The notes beneath the pieces are model-generated. The model saw only the letters and a list, made by a program, of their open reading frames with translations, searched no databases and had not been told where the DNA came from. From the IMG/VR virus record IMGVR_UViG_3300027286_000002: DNA of 64,000 nt; one strand, given 5' to 3'. This document shows, piece by piece, positions 46,027 to 55,624 of this stretch; within the stretch, counting starts at the first letter, position 1; each line of letters starts with the position of its first letter. The translations under genes and the position numbers were made by a program. The stretch comes from a virus. Taxonomy: Duplodnaviria; Caudoviricetes.

Positions 46027-46308
46027 TTATATTTCATGTCTTTTTTTGAGAACAAAAGAGTAAAGATCTGAGTCAATCTTTAGATATTTAGGTTGTGCAA
46101 AGAGATAAGTATCTTTGTATGAGTACAGCCATTCTTTTCCATCATGGTAAACATGATGGATTGTGTTGGTGTTTGTAACCAAAAGAAAACTATTAACATC
46201 AAGACTTTTAAGAGAGAGAAAAAAGAAATGATCATAGAACTTTGTGCAAAGAAATTCATTTAAAGTTCCACTTTGTACTTTAAGGTATAAATCTTCTTCT
46301 TTTAACAT
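46027..46308 (-). CDS. Hypothetical protein
   Basis: 93 aa, abuts the R-M gene start. Confidence 0.6.
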   Translation of the reverse strand: MLKEEDLYLKVQSGTLNEFLCTKFYDHFFFLSLKSLDVNSFLLVTNTNTIHHVYHDGKEWLYSYKDTYLFAQPKYLKIDSDLYSFVLKKRHEI

Positions 46309-46317
46309 TTTTGTGGA

Positions 46318-46599
46318 TTACTTAGACTTTCTATATGCTTCACAGATTTCTTTAAATCTTGCTTGACCATCTTTCCATTCTTGACTGTTATAGTCAGTGG
46401 TGTCTTCTTCCATAGGATATTCATCTTGTTTTTCAACAGGATCACACCATTCACTTGGATCAATATCTGCTAAAGACCATTCATCAGTGGATTTAGGTAA
46501 GGTACTCATTTGACCCCATGCAGGTGGTGCAGGATGTTCAGAAATGTTAGTCCAATTGAATTTAGGTTGGTTAGTAGACCATGTTTTTTGATTTGTCAT
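46318..46599 (-). CDS. Hypothetical acidic, Trp-rich protein
   Basis: AAAGGATTAG RBS and promoter motif. Confidence 0.65.
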   Translation of the reverse strand: MTNQKTWSTNQPKFNWTNISEHPAPPAWGQMSTLPKSTDEWSLADIDPSEWCDPVEKQDEYPMEEDTTDYNSQEWKDGQARFKEICEAYRKSK

Positions 46600-46639
46600 T
46601 TTGACTAATCCTTTGTGTTTTTGTTATTGATACTACATA

Positions 46640-46668
46640 AACACTTAGGATTAAGATTTATTGCAAGT
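46640..46668 (-). promoter_or_regulatory. Conserved promoter motif
   Basis: ACTTGCAA-N14-AAGTGTT. Confidence 0.75.
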
Positions 46669-47412
46669 TCAATAAGAAAAATATTTTTTCATAAAATAAT
46701 GTAATGGCTTTCTCTTATATTGGTAATGCAATCCATATTGCTCTTGGAAAGGATACATCTCATTCAAATCTCTAAGTTTTGATCCATATTTATTGACCAT
46801 GAGATCATGTAAATCATCAAGATCAGGGATATGTTTTAAAGAAGCAAGATCAGCCTCTACTTGCAGAGCAACAGATAATTGTTGAAAAATCCATTGCTGT
46901 GCAGGATGATCTAATAAGACATTTTGAAGAGTACTTAAAAGAACATCACCAAGAGAAAGGTAATAGAAAGTGAAGTAATAAGGATCATGTGATTCAAGGT
47001 ATTTAGAAATACAGTAATCAAGAGTAGAGAAAGTAGTTTTATCTTTAATGCGAGTATGCAAAGTAGTTGGACACAAAATACCATCTTGATCTTTAAAAGA
47101 ATAGACACTATCTTCAGCCAAAGGCACTGATCCAATTTCTTTACCTAAGATGGTAGTAGTATCTTTACCAGCTTGACGAGTATCTGTTAAAGTGGTGGCA
47201 TCTGCTTGATAAAGCATGAAAGCATACAAAGAGATATTTTCATTAGTGTTAAGTTCAAAACAAGTATGGTGTTGTAAAACATTTAACCATAATTCGGATT
47301 GAGAGTAAAAATTAGGATCAAGAGCCTGTAGGAAGTCTTTAACATCTTGATCATTTTCTTCAATTCGTTTTAAGACGATTTGTTCAAATTTTTGAAACAG
47401 TAGGTTAGACAT
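46669..47412 (-). CDS. Hypothetical protein
   Basis: 247 aa; AAAAAGGTAAAC RBS. Confidence 0.7.
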   Translation of the reverse strand: MSNLLFQKFEQIVLKRIEENDQDVKDFLQALDPNFYSQSELWLNVLQHHTCFELNTNENISLYAFMLYQADATTLTDTRQAGKDTTTILGKEIGSVPLAEDSVYSFKDQDGILCPTTLHTRIKDKTTFSTLDYCISKYLESHDPYYFTFYYLSLGDVLLSTLQNVLLDHPAQQWIFQQLSVALQVEADLASLKHIPDLDDLHDLMVNKYGSKLRDLNEMYPFQEQYGLHYQYKRKPLHYFMKKYFSY

Positions 47413-47546
47413 AGTGTTTACCTTTTTATTTAGATGTGGATGGTAAACAGACTTATAATAAAGTGTAGAGGATTTCTGTTTTTAATAATGAATTTATTTT
47501 ATATGTTTTTAAGAATGTTCATTTACTTTTTCAAAAAGGACAAAAA

Positions 47547-48311
47547 ATGTTTAGAAGATTAAACTCTTTAGCTAAAAAAATAGCAGTAGCATCTCAAAGA
47601 ACACAATCTAGTATTCCAGCTACTCGTAGTCGTTTTGCATCTCGTTCTCGTTTCGCTATGGAAGATCAAGGTGTGAGCCTTAGCGAACTTTCACCACAAA
47701 TGCAAGATACAGCACACTCATTATGGCTTGGTGGTGACAATCCCGAATATGAGATCGCACAAGATATTATTCATGATGAGATCAATCTATTAAATTCTAC
47801 TGTATTTCCAGAAATTACTATGGAAAAATACGGTTTAGAATATGATTACTATCATGGTGAATTTTCTGTTGAAATTGCTAGAATCGATTTTACCGATCTT
47901 TTGATGACACCACGATTTGCAAAGTATAAAAGTCTTGGTAAATTCCTAAGAAGCATTATCTCAGATTTTGATGATTCTAGTACCACAGTCAGTACAGGAT
48001 TTCATGGTGGCTACAAGTTGAAAGGAAATCAAGACTATGCTGAAGGCACAACAAGTTTCTTATTATATCGCATTCAAGACGAAATTGGTCAATATTATGG
48101 CTCTGATCCTAAAAAGGGATTTGCTGGTTTAAAGAATTTGGTTGAAGATTTTGTAGATGAGGTTAGAGAATATGTAACAGATTTCTTACATGAAATTACA
48201 CAGATCATTCGTAACGAATTTGAAAATATTGAAAGTTTTGAATATTTTAAAGACCGAGCAGAAGATAATGATTATAAATTTGACCCGAGGACAGGTAAAA
48301 TTGTTTCCTAA
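47547..48311 (+). CDS. Hypothetical protein with basic N-terminal leader and acidic body
   Basis: MFRRLNSLAKKIA...RSRFASRSRFA then acidic domain. Confidence 0.7.
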   Translation: MFRRLNSLAKKIAVASQRTQSSIPATRSRFASRSRFAMEDQGVSLSELSPQMQDTAHSLWLGGDNPEYEIAQDIIHDEINLLNSTVFPEITMEKYGLEYDYYHGEFSVEIARIDFTDLLMTPRFAKYKSLGKFLRSIISDFDDSSTTVSTGFHGGYKLKGNQDYAEGTTSFLLYRIQDEIGQYYGSDPKKGFAGLKNLVEDFVDEVREYVTDFLHEITQIIRNEFENIESFEYFKDRAEDNDYKFDPRTGKIVS

Positions 48312-48421
48312 TTACTTTTTTTAATAAAAACTACCTAACATATTAGATCACTTCTTTTTTAATAATGTATTTATTTTATATGTTTTATTTAAACTATAAA
48401 GATCAAAAAGGAAGTGATGCT

Positions 48422-48919
48422 ATGAATAAGCACAATGCTATTAAAAAAGCAATGCTACAAAGATTATCTGCTGATAATCAAAGAGATATTCCAAAATATG
48501 TACAAGACAAAGCAGAGTTTTTTGAAAAAGAAAAAGGATATGATACAGGATATGCTTTTAGTACAGCTTGGAGCATTTATTGTAAATATAAAAATCCCAA
48601 CGATAAAGCACATTGCACAAAAGATCCAAGTGAATATTTTACAGGTAAAACAGCAAGTTTCAAATATGCAGGTGCTGTAAAAGAAATGCTTATGGATGCT
48701 ATTGATGAAAGCATTAAATATCTTGAACAAATCACTAAACTTGATTTACTAGATGATGATGTTTTATTTGATCTTACACAGGAATATGTAATGAGTTCTT
48801 TTAATCCTAGAACAGAAATGCAGATTGAAAAGCTATTATTTTCAAAAGGTGTTAATAAATTTTTGATTGGTAAGTTTTTTAATAAAGTTCAATTTGAAAC
48901 ACAAGAAGTTCCATTTTAA
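48422..48919 (+). CDS. Hypothetical protein
   Basis: Probable start MNKHNA after AAAGGAAG; AFSTAWSIYCK motif. Confidence 0.65.
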   Translation: MNKHNAIKKAMLQRLSADNQRDIPKYVQDKAEFFEKEKGYDTGYAFSTAWSIYCKYKNPNDKAHCTKDPSEYFTGKTASFKYAGAVKEMLMDAIDESIKYLEQITKLDLLDDDVLFDLTQEYVMSSFNPRTEMQIEKLLFSKGVNKFLIGKFFNKVQFETQEVPF

Positions 48920-50254
48920 TTAAAAGGTAATCTTCATTTCACCTACTTGATTTCCATTTACATTTTTAATGACTACTTGACTGCATTCCTTTAAATCTAA
49001 ATCATTGATTTGGATATTTTCAATGATTAAGGTTGCACCTTCTGTCATTTGGAATTTCATTCCATTGATGCCTGCACTCTTAAACACTTTGGTTTCTGTT
49101 TTAATAGTATCTGTTTTCATAACAGGTATATCCTTTTCTATAGGTGGTTGCTCTACTATAGGTTGCTCTATAATGGTTGGTTGTTCTATAATGGTTGGTT
49201 GTTCTATAATGGTTGGTTGTTCTACAATGGTTGCAGGTTGCTCTACAATGGTAGGTTGGTTATCTAAAAGATGTTTAAAATCATCTTGGTATTTCATTTC
49301 CATCATGTCTTTTACTTCTGTTTTAAGTACAGATGGAATGCCACAACCAAAAATGCCTTTAAATGCTTGATCAATCTTATGGAAGTTTTTAGTCCATTCT
49401 TTATCAAGAACAGGATCAGTAACCATATCAATCAGCCATTGTCTTTTGATTTCAAGATACTGTTCTTTGCTGTATCGTTCTGATTTACCTTGTATTACAG
49501 ATAAAACATGATCTGTTAATAAGATCGCACCTTGTTCATACCAAGATTCTACTCTTGGTGGTAAAGGTGTGCTTGTAGTCATATCCAAAGGATTTTCAAG
49601 ACCATTTAAGAAATTGTTAATGTTTTCTCTGATACATTTTCTGTAAAAATCTACAGGATTTTCATTATGCACATTCACAGGTAGTAAACGATATGGTTTA
49701 TCCATACAGTTTTTTTCAATCACTAACCAATCTTCTTTTTGAATGATTGTTTTAATAAAATTTTCAACTGTGAACACAAAAAAGTCACTTTCTTGTTTGC
49801 AGTCCTCTGCTGGTAATAGAGATCTTAACATTTTAAACCTTTGTGATATTTCCCAAAAGTTTGGATAGTGTTTTTGAATGGTTTCAATCGTAGGTTTGAT
49901 TTTTTGCACAATCTCAATAAATGGTATGCCTAAATCATCTGCTTCTTTTTTTGCCCATTCTCTTATAGGATGTCCTGACATATCTTTTAAATGAAAGACA
50001 AGCATTGTAGTAAATGGAATGATTGGAAAAGACTTTTTGGTTGGATCTTTATGTCCACCAAACATAAAATTCATGCCTAGTTCTTTTCTCAATGCAGGTA
50101 AAATCACATCTTTAATGTTTTCCAACCTGCCACCTACAAAGTAGCATTGAAATGGAAAATTGAGATTGTCATTAGTGATTTGAAAGCTATTTGGATTATC
50201 AAATAATGCTTTAATTTTTTTGCCATCTGTTGGTAATGGTATGCTTGTTGTCAT
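48920..50254 (-). CDS. Hypothetical protein with DUF2325-like N-terminal domain and EQPTII repeats
   Basis: FVGG...LVFHLKDMSGHPIREWAKKEADDLGIPFIEI. Confidence 0.55.
   Translation of the reverse strand: MTTSIPLPTDGKKIKALFDNPNSFQITNDNLNFPFQCYFVGGRLENIKDVILPALRKELGMNFMFGGHKDPTKKSFPIIPFTTMLVFHLKDMSGHPIREWAKKEADDLGIPFIEIVQKIKPTIETIQKHYPNFWEISQRFKMLRSLLPAEDCKQESDFFVFTVENFIKTIIQKEDWLVIEKNCMDKPYRLLPVNVHNENPVDFYRKCIRENINNFLNGLENPLDMTTSTPLPPRVESWYEQGAILLTDHVLSVIQGKSERYSKEQYLEIKRQWLIDMVTDPVLDKEWTKNFHKIDQAFKGIFGCGIPSVLKTEVKDMMEMKYQDDFKHLLDNQPTIVEQPATIVEQPTIIEQPTIIEQPTIIEQPIVEQPPIEKDIPVMKTDTIKTETKVFKSAGINGMKFQMTEGATLIIENIQINDLDLKECSQVVIKNVNGNQVGEMKITF
49141..49260 (-). repeat. Coding tandem repeat, about 18-nt unit (TIIEQP)
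   Basis: TGGTTGGTTGTTCTATAA repeated. Confidence 0.85.
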
Positions 50255-50351
50255 TTAAAGTTTTCCTTTGTTGACTGTTTGGTTTTTATTCTTAAAGTAT
50301 TTAAAATTAAATTTTACATTTTTAGATCACTTTTTTTGTGATCACCTGCAT

Positions 50352-50903
50352 TTAGAACATTATCTTTTCTAAGACTTCTCTTAAATCACTTAATGTTCTA
50401 TGACTGCCTGTATCTTCAAAACCTTTTTCTTTTTGCTCTTCATAACTTTCATAGATACCGAAAAGTTCACCTGTCAAATCTGACATATCGGAATATTCGT
50501 TATGTTCTACTATGAGTTCAAATGGTTCTGTCAAAGTACCAAGTGTATTGAATATCTTTGATCTCATTGTCTTTTCAAGACTGTGAAATTCAGTTTCTGT
50601 TGCCACTTCTTCAAGTAAACCTCTTAACTTGCTAACTGTCTTTTCACAAATCTTAAAGTTTGCATAGACTTCACTTGCATCTTCTGCATCTCTCATGATG
50701 CTACAAATCACTTCTTCAATCTCATCATTCGCTTGATAGAGATCATGCTGTTTAGACAATGTACTATCTGTATAGTTAACTGCTACTGCTTTGACAACGA
50801 ATGCCTTGAAATCTGCCTCAAGACCTGCAAAGTCATTGTCATGTTTACTGTGTAGGTCTTGAAGACCTTTGAAAATATTTAGGATTAAAGATGACTTCTT
50901 CAA
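50352..50903 (-). CDS. Hypothetical protein
   Basis: AAAAGGATCAAAA RBS, TTG start, promoter motif. Confidence 0.7.
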   Translation of the reverse strand: MKKSSLILNIFKGLQDLHSKHDNDFAGLEADFKAFVVKAVAVNYTDSTLSKQHDLYQANDEIEEVICSIMRDAEDASEVYANFKICEKTVSKLRGLLEEVATETEFHSLEKTMRSKIFNTLGTLTEPFELIVEHNEYSDMSDLTGELFGIYESYEEQKEKGFEDTGSHRTLSDLREVLEKIMF

Positions 50904-50944
50904 TTTTGATCCTTTTGAGTGGTTGGTTTGTTTGGTAATAGGTA

Positions 50945-50973
50945 AACACTTAAGATCAGAACTTATTGCAAGT
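50945..50973 (-). promoter_or_regulatory. Conserved promoter motif
   Basis: ACTTGCAA-N14-AAGTGTT. Confidence 0.75.
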
Positions 50974-50987
50974 TCATTTAAGTTTTT

Positions 50988-51398
50988 TTATTCAACTAGG
51001 ATATACGATTGTAATCCATCGTTTTCATGTAGTGGTCTGAACTCAACAAGTTTAAAATTTCTTATTTTTTCAGACCAATCTTCTGCTGTCGGATCATGGA
51101 ATTTAGTTAAAAATTCAAAGACCATTTCATTTCTTAGTTTATTGAAACTAGGACTCAGATGCTCGATTTTATTAATCACTATCGTATAGTTAATACCTTT
51201 GTGATCTTCGGATTTGACCTTTGCCATGATAATTTCTTTACCATCGCTATCAATAAACCAAAGTGTTCTTTGGAATGCCACCAAAGATTTACTACGGATA
51301 CCATCATTCAACCATAATGATACCTGATTAGAGAGGAAGGATGAAATCACTTCGGAATTTGTAAATGTAGCCATAATAGCAACACTTCTTTCTGCCAC
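50988..51398 (-). CDS. Hypothetical protein
   Basis: 136-aa ORF; start uncertain. Confidence 0.55.
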   Translation of the reverse strand: MAERSVAIMATFTNSEVISSFLSNQVSLWLNDGIRSKSLVAFQRTLWFIDSDGKEIIMAKVKSEDHKGINYTIVINKIEHLSPSFNKLRNEMVFEFLTKFHDPTAEDWSEKIRNFKLVEFRPLHENDGLQSYILVE

Positions 51399-51475
51399 CT
51401 ACAAGTAAAGTAGCACAGAGTAAAAAGAACTAGAGTTTTCAAAGAGCTTACGATTTTTTCATTTCGTATCATATA

Positions 51476-51504
51476 AACACTTATGCTCAATTTAAATTGC
51501 AAGT
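51476..51504 (-). promoter_or_regulatory. Conserved promoter motif
   Basis: ACTTGCAA-N14-AAGTGTT. Confidence 0.75.
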
Positions 51505-51561
51505 TCATTTAAGTTTTTTCATATTCTTTTTATATTCTATCTATCTTTCATACATATAAAG

Positions 51562-52140
51562 ATGAAAGGTTTTAATCCTATGTTTTTTAAAAATCGTATT
51601 GCCAAAGCTAATGTAAATCCTGTTAGGCAAAGAACACAATACTCTTGTGTATCTGCATCTACTGCTATGGCATTAAATGCTTTAGGTTTTGACACATCAG
51701 AAGATGAAGTTCAAAAAGTAATTGGTGCTAAACCTATGCAAGGTGCTAGATGGGAAGAAGTTTTAGCCTGCCTGCAACATTATGGCTGTAGAGGTACTTT
51801 AGTTGTACCTTCTACTTTAAAGCAAGTTAAAGGCTGGACAGATCTAGGCAAGCCTGTTCTCATCTCTTGGAATCCTGAAGGTAGAGAATGGAGTCATGCA
51901 AGTTTAATTTTTGATGTAGTAGAAAAACCTGATGGTACTATGGATGTTTATGTTGCTGATCCAAATATCCCTGATCCTGATCAAACTGTTAGGATTGTAG
52001 ATTCAAGTACTTTCTATTCTAAATGGGCAGAGAAATGGCCCAATTACATGGTTCGTAGACCTGCTCTTATGGTTGATCGTGAAGTAAACTCAGAAGGTCG
52101 TCAAGTGATGGCATCTCTAAGAAAAAGAAAAGGATTTTAA
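51562..52140 (+). CDS. Peptidase C39-like cysteine protease
   Basis: RQRTQYSC (Gln/Cys), WSHASL (His), VADP (Asp). Confidence 0.8.
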   Translation: MKGFNPMFFKNRIAKANVNPVRQRTQYSCVSASTAMALNALGFDTSEDEVQKVIGAKPMQGARWEEVLACLQHYGCRGTLVVPSTLKQVKGWTDLGKPVLISWNPEGREWSHASLIFDVVEKPDGTMDVYVADPNIPDPDQTVRIVDSSTFYSKWAEKWPNYMVRRPALMVDREVNSEGRQVMASLRKRKGF

Positions 52141-52144
52141 TAAA

Positions 52145-53155
52145 ATGTTAAAAAGAAATAGATTTAATCGTTTTACTGCCTGTGGCTGTAATGGTGATGA
52201 TTCTCAACAAGAATTATCTCAACCTTTAATGATGAGAAGAGATTATGGTAGCATTGAAGCAAATGATATGTTTGCTGATTTTGATAAAGAATCTAGATTT
52301 CATGAAGGTCCCCAAGGCAAGAAAGAATTTAAAGAATGGTTTGAAGATCAACCTGAAGATTTTCAAGATGAATGGAAAGAAAACACTGATAAATATAAAG
52401 ATCAGTTTAAAAAAGCTGATTTGGAAAGACAGTCAAGATTTCATTCAGGACCCAAAGGTAAAAAAGAATGGAGCAAATGGATTAAAGAACAAGACTTTGA
52501 AGATGAATGGAAAGTAAACACCTGTATGTATGGTGGTACTATTACAGGTCAAGCACCTAAATCTCAAGAGTCCTGCGAAAAAGAATTGAATGTTAAACTA
52601 GCATCAAGAGTAGCTAATAAGTTTATTAATGCTAACAATACTCAAAATAAGTTTCTTAATAGAACTGCTAGAATGCTAGTAGCATCTATTGAATCTGAAA
52701 TGAATGATCTTTTAGCTGATGCTGATAAAGCTGATGAAAAAGCTAAAGAATATAAAACTGCATGGTCTAAACATGATTTGACATACCTTAAGAAATCAAA
52801 TGTTATTCCAGCTGATCTACATGATAAACTAGCATCGTCTTTTGATATTATTAAAAGTGCTGAAGAACTTGTTAAGAAAGCTGTGAGAACTCTTAAAGCT
52901 ACTGCAAAAAAGAAAAGAAAAGAAGCTAGAAAGCTAGGTAAGAAAGCTAATGCTATTATGGATATTCAAGCTGATTCAGATGGTTCTTATATGTCTGTTT
53001 CTCATATCGAACAAATGATTACTCAACTTTCTACTCTTGCTGATATGATTAATTCAGATACACCATTAGAAGATTGGGTTGAAAGTAAACTTGCTCATGC
53101 ACATCAAAACATTATGGATGTAGCAAGCTATATGCTATATAGTCCTAAATCTTAA
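52145..53155 (+). CDS. Hypothetical multi-module protein (possible virion protein)
   Basis: Internal duplication SRFH(E/S)GP(Q/K)GKKE..W...Q..F.DEWK.NT; C-terminal LEDWVESKL helical module. Confidence 0.7.
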   Translation: MLKRNRFNRFTACGCNGDDSQQELSQPLMMRRDYGSIEANDMFADFDKESRFHEGPQGKKEFKEWFEDQPEDFQDEWKENTDKYKDQFKKADLERQSRFHSGPKGKKEWSKWIKEQDFEDEWKVNTCMYGGTITGQAPKSQESCEKELNVKLASRVANKFINANNTQNKFLNRTARMLVASIESEMNDLLADADKADEKAKEYKTAWSKHDLTYLKKSNVIPADLHDKLASSFDIIKSAEELVKKAVRTLKATAKKKRKEARKLGKKANAIMDIQADSDGSYMSVSHIEQMITQLSTLADMINSDTPLEDWVESKLAHAHQNIMDVASYMLYSPKS

Positions 53156-53362
53156 ATACCATTTGATTGTCCACAGGTCTTTATCTACCATATAATCTAA
53201 TATCTCTAAAGACCAAAATAAAAAAAGGTAGCCTGATATTTTTACATACCAAACTACCTTCTCTTGTACTGCCAATTCGCTTTTAAATAATATGATGCTT
53301 ACTTTTATATAACATAGAAACCATAAAGCTAACCATATTATTAACATCAAATACCTTATCAA
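53135..53362 (-). CDS. Small membrane protein
   Basis: Two hydrophobic helices. Confidence 0.5.
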   Translation of the reverse strand: MIRYLMLIIWLALWFLCYIKVSIILFKSELAVQEKVVWYVKISGYLFLFWSLEILDYMVDKDLWTIKWYLRFRTI

Positions 53363-53394
53363 GAGACTTTATCAAGATAAGATATATTTAATGT

Positions 53395-53652
53395 TTAGGC
53401 TTTCTTAATGGCAAAGCCTGTTGCATACTTCTTTTTTGGATTTGCTTCTTTTTCTGCTTTTCTCTTTGCTTTTTCTGCTTTAGAGATTTCTAACAATTCT
53501 TTTCTTAAACCATTTAAAGATTTAGAAATTGTTAGAAGTTCTTTTCTTGCTCGCACACTTGGCTTGAGTTTGCCTTTTTCTGCTGATTCTACATCAGCTA
53601 CAACTGCTTGTAATTGTGCAATCGCTTCGGATAACTTTAATGATAATGTCAT
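53395..53652 (-). CDS. Histone H1-like protein (Hc1 family)
   Basis: AEKG....VRARKELL.I.K....LRKE..E.SK with Lys/Ala tail, matching the Hc1 pattern (E/K)GNKAA..R.RK...EI.K....FRK. Confidence 0.6.
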   Translation of the reverse strand: MTLSLKLSEAIAQLQAVVADVESAEKGKLKPSVRARKELLTISKSLNGLRKELLEISKAEKAKRKAEKEANPKKKYATGFAIKKA

Positions 53653-53679
53653 TTGAACATTTCCTTTGTTTTGATTGGT

Positions 53680-54054
53680 TTATTTTATAATACAATAAAA
53701 AGGTCTAAGGTATTCCACAATTTTTTTATGTGATGTCATTTTTATCACTGTCTGAAATTGCTCTTCACCACAGATCTTTGCTATGTCTATCAATTCCTGC
53801 ATCGTAGGTTTAATAATCGTGTTTACAAAAACATGATTTTCTTCCATATATACAAACTCATCTTTTCGGATTAGTCCTTTAAGATATAAGATAGTACTGC
53901 CATATTTTAAAACCCATGCTTCTGCTTCTCTCATTGCTCTTTTTTGTTTCTTATTTACTTTAGGTATAAGATCAGGTGGCAAAACCAACACAGGATCAAT
54001 CCACCTCTTAAAGTAAAAATTGTTTCCAAGATAATCTTTCAAGTTCATTCGCAT
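53680..54054 (-). CDS. Hypothetical protein
   Basis: 124 aa. Confidence 0.6.
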   Translation of the reverse strand: MRMNLKDYLGNNFYFKRWIDPVLVLPPDLIPKVNKKQKRAMREAEAWVLKYGSTILYLKGLIRKDEFVYMEENHVFVNTIIKPTMQELIDIAKICGEEQFQTVIKMTSHKKIVEYLRPFYCIIK

Positions 54055-54220
54055 CTTCCCATTTCAAGAAAATTAACTTTTCTTTGTTGATTACTTCTTC
54101 TTTGGTAGTGATGATCAAGTTATAAAACTTTAACTCGATCTTTAAATCTTTTTTTACTGCCAATGGCAATACGACTTGATAGCCATCACTAATGGCTTGG
54201 ATGATTGTTGAGTTTAACAT
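54008..54220 (-). CDS. Hypothetical protein
   Basis: 70 aa, coupled to upstream gene. Confidence 0.55.
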   Translation of the reverse strand: MLNSTIIQAISDGYQVVLPLAVKKDLKIELKFYNLIITTKEEVINKEKLIFLKWEDANELERLSWKQFLL

Positions 54221-54222
54221 TT

Positions 54223-54708
54223 TTATTTTCCCATTTGAAATTTGCCACCTACTTTTAAAGTTTTAGGTGGCAAAGACCATTCGTCTTGTTGAATGACAGG
54301 TTGTTGTGGTTTAAGGTCTTGTGGATTACCTACAAAATATAGATTTTGCACAGGTGTGTTTATCTCATCATTTTGAGATATGACAACAGGTTTTTCAATC
54401 TGTCCTATCTTATAATGTTTAGGCTGTGTTTTATTAAAATCTAAACTAGCTGGTGTCCATACATCAATAGCTGGATTGATATGGTATTCTTCAAAATCAC
54501 TGATGCCTTTATATTGAGATGCTTCAGATTGCTTTATTGTAGGTGTATTAAAAAACCTATCGACTTGAGTAATAATTCTTTCATCCCAAGTAGAAAATGC
54601 CCAGCTTGCTCTTTCACATTTTCTATTTTTACAAACCTTGCAAAACATTTCAGTAAAGTCTTTTTCTGTCATGCCTTGATTATTACATTCAAATAATAAA
54701 TCTTTCAT
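54223..54708 (-). CDS. Hypothetical protein with Cys motif
   Basis: FCKVCKNRKCERA; TAAAATG-coupled to array 3. Confidence 0.7.
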   Translation of the reverse strand: MKDLLFECNNQGMTEKDFTEMFCKVCKNRKCERASWAFSTWDERIITQVDRFFNTPTIKQSEASQYKGISDFEEYHINPAIDVWTPASLDFNKTQPKHYKIGQIEKPVVISQNDEINTPVQNLYFVGNPQDLKPQQPVIQQDEWSLPPKTLKVGGKFQMGK

Positions 54709-54709
54709 T

Positions 54710-54928
54710 TTATTTATCTTCTTTCTTTGGTGAGATATATAAATCAGAATCTACAATCCAATTATTTCTGCCTACGATTTCTCTTGCTCTTGCAATCGAT
54801 AATGCCATACACCTTCTAAAATTATCTTTTGTAATCACAAGTCCAGCTCCTTCATAATTGTTTATATAATGACATAGCTTTTCATTATATTGAAACCTAT
54901 TGCCACCATGATGAAACCAATATAACAT
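54710..54928 (-). CDS. TRD-like mini-protein, array 3
   Basis: Family pattern; closest to 55625-55846 (NNYEGAG/NNYQGAG). Confidence 0.85.
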   Translation of the reverse strand: MLYWFHHGGNRFQYNEKLCHYINNYEGAGLVITKDNFRRCMALSIARAREIVGRNNWIVDSDLYISPKKEDK

Positions 54929-54929
54929 T

Positions 54930-55166
54930 TTATCTACATTCTTTCTTAGGTGCTAAATACACATCTGCTTGATTTATCCAAGTATGTTTTATTAAAGATT
55001 TAGATACACTTAATGCTATGCTATCTCTAAAATAATAAGGCTGTAAAAAGAAACCTTGTTTGCCACAATCATCTCTACTAGCTTTTGAAGTAATAGAACT
55101 AATAAAATACTTATATTGTGATGAGTGCATTACATCATTTGATGATAATTCTAACCAACAAATCAT
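54930..55166 (-). CDS. TRD-like mini-protein, array 3
   Basis: Family pattern; closest to 7012-7248. Confidence 0.85.
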   Translation of the reverse strand: MICWLELSSNDVMHSSQYKYFISSITSKASRDDCGKQGFFLQPYYFRDSIALSVSKSLIKHTWINQADVYLAPKKECR

Positions 55167-55390
55167 TTCTCTTCATCCTTAATAATAGGAGCATAATATC
55201 TATCACAATTATTTATCCAAGTTCTATTTATAACATCTCTTCCTCTTGCTACATAGATAGACATATTTAATCTAAAGTTTTTCTGATCTATGTAATATCC
55301 TGAATGTCTACTAGATACACTTGATAAAAAGAAGACATGAGAATCAATAGATGTGATGTCATTATTTGAATTTTCAAACCAACAAATCAT
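55163..55390 (-). CDS. TRD-like mini-protein, array 3
   Basis: MICWFENSNNDI...FLSS...GYYI..KNFR...AR...TWIN..D.YYAP. Confidence 0.85.
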   Translation of the reverse strand: MICWFENSNNDITSIDSHVFFLSSVSSRHSGYYIDQKNFRLNMSIYVARGRDVINRTWINNCDRYYAPIIKDEEK

Positions 55391-55395
55391 TTTAC

Positions 55396-55623
55396 TTATC
55401 TTTCTATAGTAGGTTTAAAATACATATCATTAGCACGATGCCAATTCTCATATTTCCTAGAATCCATAAGATAACCTGTTCTCACAATATAGAAAGCTAA
55501 AGCATCTCTAAAATTAGTTTCTTTTATAGGTAATCCTGTGTTTCCAAAAGAACTTGAAGTGATTAACACAAATCGAGTATTTCTTTTCACTTCATTCGCT
55601 GACATCTCAAAACTAAAAATCAT
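55396..55623 (-). CDS. TRD-like mini-protein, array 3
   Basis: F..S.NEV...TSS...G..I...NFR...Y..R...NW...D.YF.P. Confidence 0.8.
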   Translation of the reverse strand: MIFSFEMSANEVKRNTRFVLITSSSFGNTGLPIKETNFRDALAFYIVRTGYLMDSRKYENWHRANDMYFKPTIER

Positions 55624-55624
55624 T

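Noticed and set aside
51399-51462. Frameshifted N-terminus for 50988-51398 (ATG AAA AAA TCG TAA at 51462)
   Set aside because: Adding one base to the A-run gives a frame that stops early and does not join the ORF, so neither a frameshift nor a pseudogene is supported
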